Positions 47,414 through 58,051 of a stretch of DNA of 64,000 nucleotides are shown here, piece by piece (positions within the stretch are counted from its first letter, which is position 1; every line of letters starts with the position of its first letter). The DNA is from Bilabrum cf. latius (lineage: Eukaryota), in assembly GCA_965178125.1 (NCBI GenBank), contig OZ237761.1:248001-312000 (forward strand). The letters are read 5' to 3'. A program made the translations under genes and the position numbers. Below the pieces are notes generated by a model that saw only the letters and a program-made list of their open reading frames with translations, did not search any database and was not told the origin of the DNA.

Positions 47414-50400
47414 GCTTGTTTTGTGTGTGTCTGGTCTGGACCTCTGATCGCAGACGCTGTCAGGCACATCCTTCCACACCTGGGCCTCCAAGAGATCTGC
47501 GCCCTGTCACAGACCTGCGCTGCCATGCGAGCCAGCATACATGCGCAATAGCATCTAGTGGGCAAGGTCATTGAGCGAGACTTGCAAGTAAAGGCACATC
47601 AACGGTCAGGGAGCGAAGAGGTGGGCCGACTGTAGTCTAAAGCGTTTCGGCTCGTGCACCACGGAGGGCTGCTAACACTTGCTACGAGGCTGTTGTCTGA
47701 TGGAATGGAGCGTTCCTGTGTTACAGAGTACGGACGGCGGAATGCAGCTTCCGAAAGCACCAGGACACTGCGAGATTCTCAAGGTGCCAGCTTGGGCGGC
47801 GCGGCAGCAGCAGCCTGCCTGGATAACCCCGCAGCTGCAATATCTGCAGACATGGTGCTCACCACATCCTAGGCCTCTTGTTCCGACCAGCAGGTTCATG
47901 CTTGTATTCGTTCAGGCACGTCTACTATTTCGAACGGACCTCCGGGCAACTCACAGTCGTGTTTAGGTGTCCAGAGAGTGCGAACAGCAAGTTTGCCGCG
48001 GTCCAAAGACGTGTTGCAGAACCGGGCAGCGCGCAGAGGCACCCATCGCCCTTGCCCGCATCAAAACATCGCACCGCTTAGCTGCCTTAAGGCTCTCTCT
48101 CGAGACCCGGATAGCGGCGGGCTCATCCGGGCCATCGTCGAGTGGGAAGAAGCCGGAAGGGTGCTGTGTGGCGGAAAGGAGCGATGTGCTGCTGAAGACG
48201 TGTAGGCCTGTGGCGACTTTGAAAACGCAGTTGCAACTGCTCAGCTGGTGGTAGCTCTGTCTGGTAGTACCCAGATGTAGCAGGTGCCGGGCGGGCTCGA
48301 CGCAATTCGCAATGCGTTCATCAATCGCACACCACATGAGTGTCTGAAGGTGAGGGTTGGCTCGTGCAGAGTTGCCATCGATTCTCAATTGCGAACCGCT
48401 CCCATATGGACGACACCAGGCATATACAGAGCGGGTTTCAGACTAACTAGCGAAGTAAATGAACCTTAGAGGGCGATTGTGTCGGCCAGAAGACAAGAGG
48501 TTAGGGGTAGAGGCTAGCAAGCCCTTGCTGCTGGCGCAGAACCTGCGCCGCAGGCACCACTTGCGACCCTGCAAGGGGCAGTTCCACCCACTGGTGTGGA
48601 TGCAGCCAGGTGGATACACACGTCCGCACGCAGTTCTTCGAATATAGCATCAGCTCTGGAGAGAATCCAGAGCCTGCATGTCCGTGCCACTATACTACTC
48701 GCACAAGTCGACGGCTACTGGTGCTACTGCAAGAGCTGGTCCTGCTGCAGGATTTTCTGCACGTCCTACCCGTGGCGGGCGTGCCTAATAGGACTATCGG
48801 ACCTATGTCACGTCATCGTTCCTCTCGTTGCATCGATTGGGATAGCAATTCGACTCGCTAGTTATACTGTCCCGCTCGCTTGCACCAAAGTAATGATGCA
48901 GGATTGGCTACTCAATGGCACGCAAGTGGATACTGGTAGGTTTGAAAATCTTGCAGACGCAAATTCGATGGGAACTATATACCAAGCTCTTGGCGATGCC
49001 TCCGCCAGCTGTGGCTCAACTGCAATACTGGGATGGGGTGCTCATAATTCAAGTCAAGTCGACGCTCGAGCAGTAAAAGCTTTGGACACCTTAAGCACGT
49101 TTCGACTGGGTGCATAGCTGTAGATGGCGTGGGTCGTTATATGTTTAATTACTATTCCCATTGCATGCTCTGCGGCTTTCTAGCTGTTGTAGCGCTGTCG
49201 GACTGGAGCAGACACAGTTCGCCTAACACCATGCATGCCGCTGCTGAGGAGTTCCAGGGGTACATACACGCACGCTCTGTCTCAACAACATGACCTGTGG
49301 CCATGGACGCGCCGATGGAGGGAACAGCGAGCACACGACCCAGACGCCTACTCACGCTCTGCTCGGAGGATCAGCATATCTATCACGGAGTTGAACCACG
49401 TGGGGAGGATGGGAATTGCGCCAGCGGCCAGACTTGCCTCAACTGCGTGCCTCGCTCTGGTGCTTGCTTTCCTTGCATGCCTACCAGAGTAGACCTTATT
49501 GTCTGTGCACACATTGCGGTTATTTGCTACTGCGTCTGGTGTTCTATTGACTATGTCGCTTGCTGCGTTGCAAATCCTGAATGTCGTGCGTTTGGCAGGT
49601 GTGACGCGGGAAATCAACGGAGAGGCCTTTGCACGTGGCCGTTGCTGCCCGCCAATGAAACAGCTTGCACTGGGATGTTGCATGCTGTCGGAGACTCACC
49701 TCGCCTTTGGTCTGCTTGGCGGGTTATTGCTGGTGTGTGGTATTCTCCTATCCAGCTCAGCTGATGGATCCATCTCTCTCAGGTTGCAAGCATTAGTCTT
49801 CGGCATGTATCCTGGCATCTGGGTGATCAACACTTTTATTCGATTTGTTGGGATTGGTTTGTTGAGGTGGTCAATCCGCCCTGTTAGCTGGTATAGCAGG
49901 GTGTGCCTATGTGAGCGACTATCCGCGCAGTTGACAAGTTTGGAAGACGTTGCGTGCTCACGCTACGCCACCACTGGGGGATTTGCACACGCTGCTGGAA
50001 CCGTGGCGGCTCTGGCAGTAATTGCTGCTAAGATCGGTAGAGAAGCCCGCCTACTTCATCCTATCGTTCTGATGTGCATCGTGCTGCAGAGCTTTGGACT
50101 GGCCCTGGTTGTTCAGTGGTCACCCCCTGACCATATATCCAGCCGTTTCTTCAGAATCATCAAAACCATCACGGAGTCGGGGCGTATGTGTTGCAATGAA
50201 CCAGCCGCTTATCACCCACTCTTGTACGGCAGCGTGGTCAAGGAGCTCTCAAAAGCTATGAATGAGATAGAGTCTCTATGGGTTGATGTGCACCCTTCCG
50301 CTTGCGAAGCAGACTCGAGGAAAAGTCATGGGAACACCCACATGAGAGTGTTTGCTCCCGTTCTCTCAGCTGCAGCCACCGTACGTAATATGGAATCGCC

Positions 50401-51256
50401 GTGGCTATGTGATGAGTTCATGGCTAGGTTGAACTTGGTGAGGCAGGCGGTAAATCGAGGATACGTTGCGGTCGATGCAAACTTGGCCCCCCCACTAGCG
50501 CGCTCAATGCCCAAGCGCATTAGGGAGCCGGGGCACAATCACATCACCAAGACCAGACAACAAGTAACACACCAGTTGCAAGTCGCCAGTGACCTCCTTC
50601 TCCTGCACGAGGCTCGCAACCGGAAGGTATCCGGAGATCGCCTGCTCAGGCTGCACCTGAGGCTGGAGGCACTGCGCAGTGCATGCTTGCGGCTTCAGGC
50701 CCAGTAGAAAGCGATTGCTGGAAATCAGTAGTCGTGCATTAGCAGTACTGCAGCGGAACCTGTGCTGATTGGGCGGCCCGATTTCCTCGGCAGCTTCGAG
50801 ATCGATCCTGCCCAGGTGCGTGCCTTGAGTGCAGCTGCGTTGGGTGCGGCAATGTATGTTCTAGGCGGCCCGCATAAGCTCGTTCGGTCATTAAAGTGCC
50901 TATTACATGCCCATCAATAGCCTGCAAGGTGTGGAAATGCAGACTAGTTTGCATCAGGTTATCACTTCAAGTCAGCAGCTCCGCCTGTGTCGACTGCTTG
51001 CGCATCGAGTAGTGCAGCTGCTGCGCAATCCTCACCAGGCCTCGGAGAGTGTGACGCGGGCGCTCTAGCCACTGCGCTCGATGTGGGGCTGCAGGCGTGG
51101 ACACGCGTGATTGTTGCGCTGCGTGCCCGGCAGAATACGAGTCACGGGGGGCTGCAACGTGGTATATAGTGCGAATTGCGAGCCGATACCAGTATGGGGT
51201 GGACGTTGCCCTGCGCTTCTATCCTTGTCGATTTAAGAGATGGTAAGGCAGCGTGA
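47414..51256 (+). CDS. F-box-like multipass membrane protein, paralogue 2 (5' end unresolved)
   Basis: Frame open from after TAA 47411 to TGA 51254 with 17 TAGs and no frameshift. HILPHLGLQEICALSQTCAAMR; colinear with paralogue 1. Confidence 0.65.
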
Positions 51257-52152
51257 AGTCCTCAACATTCTCAGCGTGAATGTACCCAGACCTGAGGAGG
51301 TGCGAGCACTCATCGTTGCTGTCGTATAGTTGCTGCCACGGCCGTCCTTCGCGGGCCCCAGGCGCTGCTGCAAGCCTTCATCTAGGTTTGATTGAATCGT
51401 TGCCAAGACATGGATGCAATCGCTAAGTCGGACACCACTTTATTGAGTGATCAAGCAACTGATATCGGCGATTCAACGCAATCCAGTGCAGGGCCTCCGA
51501 GTTCGTCTGCACGGAGCAGCGCAGTGCCGAGAGCCCTGCCAGCGTGGATCGGCAAGGGTCTGGTGCACGAGCTGATAATAGATCTAGTCTAGATCACGCC
51601 TTGTCCTGTGGAACGCAACGGATGGACCCGCCGCACGAAGCCATGGCTAACATGGCACGAGAAATACGCATCCGAAGCTCTTGCATGTTCTACTAGCGAT
51701 GGCTGCGACACGATGGCAACTTCTACTGCGGCAACGGCAGTAAATCTAATGCAACGCAAATGCTGGATGGCTATCGGATGATGCAAGCTGGACAAGACCG
51801 AGCGCGACCAGTCCCATGGGCTTCGGTGGCAGAGACAACGCGTACAGAGTTGATGATGGCACCAATCAAAGGCGTGGGCTGAGACTGTGCGGCGTCTCCA
51901 ACGCGGCAATCAGCACGGTGCCATGGTCCGCTGATGACCAAGGAACTTGAGTCAGGCCGACTTAATGGACCTGCAGCGACTCCAGTTTGAACCGTACATC
52001 CATGTGCATGTATAGGTATCAACAAATTTAATACTGGTATTGAGTTCAAAAAGATCATAAACTGTATAAAGTACACAATCCTGCCACACCACACTCTTGT
52101 ACCCGGTACTCCAGGCGTTAAAGTACCGCGTCTGCGCGGTGTGTATGTCTGC

Positions 52153-55100
52153 TCAATGCAATCCCGAGTCCACGTCCATCTGGATGGACGCCTGCCTGGG
52201 CCTGCTGCTGTCTGACCCTGCGCCTAGGTAGTCGGACGCAGTTTCATCCGCCACTCTAGTTGGCCTCCTTGACATCGATGTCTCCGGGCCTTCTGGATGT
52301 CTAATACCAAAGGTGGGGCCACCCCGTGAAATGTCGATGTTCGTGGCGCGTTCAAGTGGCATGTTGTACCCCACTCTAGTTTCAACTCCGATGTCTCCAG
52401 TGCGGGCCCGTGTGCTGCTCTCGTATGGCTGGCGTCGCTCCATCTGCGGCGCCAGACCCTGATCTCTCATTTCATGCCGAGACAACAGCCGTATTCGCGC
52501 TAGCGGCGATGATGCTCGTACTGAGGCGTCGCTTTGGCGAGAGCTGCGCGAGAACCCTCTACTTGCAGGAGTCCATGAGGGCAATCGGGAACCGACTGCG
52601 TATGCATCGGTGTCAGACGTCATTGGCTGCGCCCACGTGACGTCTGCCCGATACTTTGCTGCGCTGTCATCTCGATTCAAGTGCCTGGTGTCCTGACTCT
52701 GCTCAACATTGCGACCATCACGCGCATCCACGTGGTCCAGGTAGGCCTGTGAAGAGCCCCCAAGCCACCACAGTGGACCCTCCGAGCAGTCGCCACCACT
52801 GCCACTACCGGTACCACTGCCTTCACCGAACTCCTTTGGCATCGCAGCACCTGCCATAGCTAGCTGTTGGGGACTTGATGAAGTGCGATACCCAAGTGCT
52901 GCGTCTGGAATCGAGGTTCGAGCAGAGCTATGCCGTGAGCTGGGTCGCCCCACATGCATACGCTGCAACCGCCCGCCGTGCCAGCCAAGTGCACGGAGCT
53001 GGGCTGGAGCACCCGCACTGGGAGATATGGCCACCTGGTGGGCTGCTTGAACGCTACTCCTGCGCATCCGCACGTCCTGCTGGGCGGAGCCGTCTGGGAA
53101 TTTACCTTGCCAAGAAGAGATCGATGCAGGCGGATCTGGCGGGCTGGTGTCGACTCGCAGCCCTGCACCCCCGCCAAGCACAGCTAGTGCATTCACTGTC
53201 TAGCGCGCCGGTCCATCCGAAGACACCGAACTTGAAGTAGCCGCTGGCGGGGGCATGGACACTAGGCCGCGATCCCTAACCTCAGGATTACCCAAGGCAG
53301 TCTCCATCGCGGTAGGCGCTCCGGGAAGAAGAGTTGACGAGATTGGCCTGCGATGGCCACCATAACTGATACTGCTTGCCGCCAAGAGACCGCGATCCCC
53401 TGCATGCGGATGCGATATAATTGGTGGCGGGATGATTCCGGGGGATTGCATGATTCGGCCACCGCGCGATCGGGATTGTGCCCTGGGTGAGTACTCTGCG
53501 GTTTTCCCAAGGGATGGCGTCGGCTGCTAGAGGTGCTACTACGTTGGGTGCTGCAATTGCTGCCGCAGTTGCAGCTGAACCGATGCTTCTCCTCTGCGTT
53601 GGAGTTTGGCAGACACCTAGCTCCACGTCTACGCATAGCTTTCCGTGGATGCGCGTCGGTCCTTCCTCCGATCCGGCAGTGGCACCTCACGGCTGCCCCA
53701 CGCCCCGCTCGAATAGCGCCGCCGCGCTGATCCGTGCGAGGCGTTGCGATGAGTTAAATGCCTTGTTGAACTACCTCGCGATAGTCGAGAGGCGACTGGG
53801 ACCGACGGGACGGCCACCGGCGAGGAGGATGGATACCCAGCATCGCTCGAGCTCATGGCAGAATCGGCTCTGGAGCCACGTTCCCCAAATATAGCAGACC
53901 CAGCTCGACTTCCGCTCGATATTGAGCTGTCCAAAGCACGAATGGCCTCCCCTAAACCGGAAGAGGCCTCCGACTGCATCGACTCCACCACCCGCCCGCG
54001 CAGCGCCCCAACCGTTCGAAGGGCAGCGTCCGGCGCATGCGACCCACGGGGGTGTACGGCGTCCTGCCCGCCGCCAAGGGCGTCTGAGGCCCGAGATCCC
54101 TTTGCTGAAGCTTGGGCAAATTCTCTCCATTGGTGTGGTGGCCCTGATCGCTGGCCTAACGATCGCACCTGCTGATAAAGAACGTCATGAAACGTCAACC
54201 GACTATTGCGGCCCATAGAAGCGGATGCACTCGACCCTTGCACGTCTGTAGCAAGACGAACCCGAGAGTCTGGCTCCAGAGCTCCGGTTTCAAGTGGTGC
54301 TGCCGCGATAGAGTCCCTGTGGGATCCAGACGAGTCCATTTCAATCGGAGATTCGGGGGCCAAGGCTGGCTGGCTCACGGCTGCCGTCTTACTTTTAACG
54401 CGCGAACGCACTGATGAGACCATGTCTTGCTATGCAGCAAGACAGACATCATGCCTGCTGTCTCTTGGAATGCGTACGCTGAGTCCAGACTCGCCCGTGC
54501 CGCCTCTGCGTGCTAGCAGCGGATGTATCGCGCCTCCAAAACCAGCACCGACAGTTTGGCTTGCCTGTACCTGCTGGGGCCCAACCTCGAGGTCGTCGTC
54601 ATCTACCACAACTGCACTACCCTATGGAATAGAGCCACTGTTTCGCCTGGCAACTCTTTGCAAAGACGACTTCGGAGGCATGGTGCCCCTGGGAATCCTC
54701 CTCTGCATGGTCGCCTGCCGGCTCCACGCGTAGTCCACCAGCTGGCTGGAGGAAGAGCCCTCCAACAGTTGGGACGATGACGACCCGGAGGGTGATCCTG
54801 CGTGGGACTGAGCAAGCACGAGCGGAGCTCCAAATGGATGCGGGTTCGAGGGCCCAGACGAGCCCGATTCGTCCGTTGTGACCCTGGAACTGCGACCGCT
54901 TCCGAGCCTGGCTTGTTGCTGCTGCATTACAACCTTCCCTCCGTGTCGTTGCCACCTCTACTGAAAACGAGCCGTTCGGGCGCGCGGAGGAGGCGCATGC
55001 TACCCCTGCTTGCCTCTCGAGTCCTGCACCGCGTCGTCCGCGAGTGCCTGCCGCTGGCGAGACAGTTGCGTGTGGCTAGGCATGGATGCTTTTCTTGCTC

Positions 55101-55957
55101 GAGTCCCAGGCGATCTCTTCAAAGCGGCAGTCGGCAACCTTTGCACACGTGTTCCTGTCCGTTGCCGCAGCAAATTCTCGGGCATCGTTATAGACGTCAT
55201 GATTGCAGCAGCCTAGGCTGCCGCAACAGCGGCCGCTGCGGCTGGATCGCATGCTTCGTCTCCGCTGCATTCGCCCGAATATTCCCCGTCCCGTCGACCA
55301 CGTTTTTTATCTGGCTTGCCGTCGCTAGCTCGAGATTCCCGCTTAATGCTTCGTTTCCTGCCCCTTGCAGTTTGCTTGCCGGGTGCCTTCGCTTGGATTC
55401 TGGAACGGTCTTCTACGAGCACGCCATCAACAATCTTTCCACGTCTTGAAAGACTGTAAAATCTGTTCTTCACGGCGTTTTCTCCCCGGTTTTCAAAGTG
55501 AGATGCGATCTTAACCCATTGGTTACCGAGCGTGCCGCGCAGCTAGATTATTCTCCTGTCCTCTTCAGCGGTCCATTTGGTCTTCTTGATGCTTGGATCA
55601 ACAATATTTCGCCATCTGCGGTGAGAATCATTGAATTGCCTCGAAGACTGGGATCAACGGGCATGCACTCGAAGTGTGGCATTTCAGGCAAGATCACGTT
55701 GTCGTGCTCACCTCTCTCTGCATTGCTTCGCAGATCTGCCTGTGTTTAGCTCCAACGATATCGTGTGCCAATTGCCATGCTATCCATACTTTAACTGGAG
55801 CTCATGCAATCTCTCGTCTTCCTGCGCAGGGATGGGCCAGGGATTGCACCTGTCGAGCTACGAGACTTGTGCGAGCGGTCTCACCGGCTGCCCACCAAAG
55901 GGGCTGTTATCTTACATCAATTGTCCATTTCTTCCTAACCCCTGGTTTGGAGGGCAT
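52153..55957 (-). CDS. R2R3-type Myb transcription factor with long low-complexity C-terminus (~1204 aa)
   Basis: complement(join(52153..55615,55712..55821,55916..55957)). KWTIDEDERL...YG*HGNWHTISLELNTGRSAKQCRERWRNIVDPSIKKTKWTAEEDRRII*LRGTLGNQWVKIASHFENRGENAVKNRFYS. 13 TAGs, TGA stop. The Myb domain is absent from the supplied ORF track. Confidence 0.9.
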
Positions 55958-56185
55958 TCTTGGCTTAAATACTGTCGCGAAGGCTCAACGTGAATACGGA
56001 AAATATGCCGTATTGAATTGATACGCTACAATAGAGCCAGAACAGCCTAAATCAGAATAGAGGGAGGTCCCCTGCCTCTCTCCGGAAAGCATGGGCGAAG
56101 ACAGCTCTCGCTCAGGACCCTTGGGACGAGAAGCTGGAGCGCACCAGCAGGGCCAAGCCAATCGTCGAAGACGCACTCACTCGGA

Positions 56186-57818
56186 TAGAGCGTACGATTG
56201 CGCGGTCATCGGAACGGACAGCTGTCAAGGAGCTGGCCAACCGAGTGGTGCAGGTGATCAGGAACCAGCTGCGCTAGCAGGAGTAGCTGACGTGCAGGCA
56301 GTGGATGCGAGGCGATGCGGCGGCTGCTCTTGCCGCCACGGCCACGCAAGAGCTGATAGCGGCAACCAATGCGAACGCTCGGCTACAGCGACGGATGTTT
56401 AAGCCCCACGGCTTGCTAAGGGACATAGAGAGGCAATGGGCCAAAGGCATGAGCGCGTGCATGCTAGCCTCTCTGAAGGATCGTGAGACGCAGAGACGGT
56501 CATGGAGGAGGAAATGGTGGGTCCCGGCAGGGGACCCTGATGTGGGACTGGACCGCGCTTTGTGCCGGGCACATGCTCCGCACCTGTATGCTTTCTCCCT
56601 GTGAAGGCATCAGGCTGAGGGCTTGTGGGGGACCACATTGATGGCGAATAAAGGGGACTCGGCGGTGTAGGCTGAGATTGGGGGGCCTTTGGCCTGAAAG
56701 GGTCGGGGGTCTTGTAGTCCTTGTTTGAGGACTCCCCTGGATTCAGGTGATCACTCGAACTCCTTCCGGGGCAACGGTGCATCTGGGTGCTTGTGGAATC
56801 TTTACCCAACAATGTATTTCAGCCTAGAGCGCACGATTGCACGGTCCTCGGAACGTACAGCTGTCAAGGTGTTGGCTAACCGAGTGGTGCAGGTGCTCCG
56901 AAACCAGCTGCGCCAGCAGGAGCAGCTGACATGCAGGCAGTGGATGCGTGGTGATGCGGCGGCTGCCTTAGCCGCCACGGCCACGCAAGAGCTGATAGCG
57001 GCAACCAATGCGAACGCCCGACTACAGCGACGGATTTTCAAGCCCCACGGCCTGCTAAAGGATATAGAGAGGCAATGGGCCAAAGGCATGAGCGCGTGCA
57101 TGCTCGCCTCTCTGAAGGATCGTGAGACACAGAGACGGTCATGGAGGAGGAAATGGTGGGTCTCGACCGGGGACCCTGATGTGGGACTGGACCGCGCCTT
57201 GTGCCGGGCACACGCTCCACACCTGTATGCTTTCTCCTTGTGAAGGCATCAGGCTGGGGGCCTGTGGGGGACCACACTGATGGCGAAGAATGGGAACTCG
57301 GCGGCATAGGCTGAGAACGGGGGGCCTCTGGCCTGAAAGGGTCGGAGGTCTTGTAGTCCTTTGTTTTAGGGCTCCTCTGGATCTAGGTGATCACCCAAAC
57401 CCCCTCGGGGGGCGACGGTGCATCTGGGTGCTTACGGAATCTTTACCCAACAATGTATTTCTGTATTTCTGTATTTCAGCCTGATGAGACGGTCATGGAG
57501 GAGGAAATGGTGGGTCTCGACCGGGGACCCTGATGTGGGACTGGACCGCGCCTTGTGCCGGGCACACGCTCCACACCTGTATGCTTTCTCCTTGTGAAGG
57601 CATCAGGCTGGGGGCCTGTGGGGGACCACACTGATGGCGAAGAATGGGAACTCGGCGGCATAGGCTGAGAACGGGGGGCCTCTGGCCTGAAAGGGTCGGG
57701 GGTCTTGTAGTCCTTGTTTTAGGGCTCCTCTGGATCTAGGTGATCACCCAAACCCCTTCGGGGGCGACGGTGCATCTGGGTGCTTACGGAATCTTTACCC
57801 AACAATGTATTTCAGCCT
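56186..57818 (+). repeat. Head-to-tail array of three 5'-truncated copies of one element (possible non-LTR retrotransposon 3' ends)
   Basis: Units <=56186-56825, 56826-57482 and 57483-57818 all end in TGTATTTCAGCCT; unit 2 has (TGTATTTC)x3. Each carries the end of an ORF (..RAHAPHLYAFSL TGA) plus a ~220-nt tail. Confidence 0.8.
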
Positions 57819-58051
57819 TGCAGCCAAGGGCTGCCCCCACCATCATGGCCCATGGATTTGGTGGAAGGGCGCTAGTAAGGTCTGTTTCTTCAACATGCGT
57901 CATCATGATTGCGTACTCATTGGAATTGAATCACAAAGTGGTACAAACCTACCAACGGCGCGAACGCCGGAACCAACTCGGTTGAGAATAAAGAAGCACA
58001 CTTTTGTGGGTCCTTTGCATTCAATTAGCGGCGGCGCGAGCGCGACGCAAC

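Noticed and set aside
51392-51882. Possible small + strand gene between F-box paralogue 2 and Myb
   Set aside because: Short frames in different registers with no recognisable motif or clear splice path.
57265-57305. Ribozyme-like words (CTGATGGCGAAG, GAATGGGAAC) in the repeat tail
   Set aside because: Hammerhead core (CUGANGA...GAAA) and HDV pairings could not be built by eye; would need an Infernal search.
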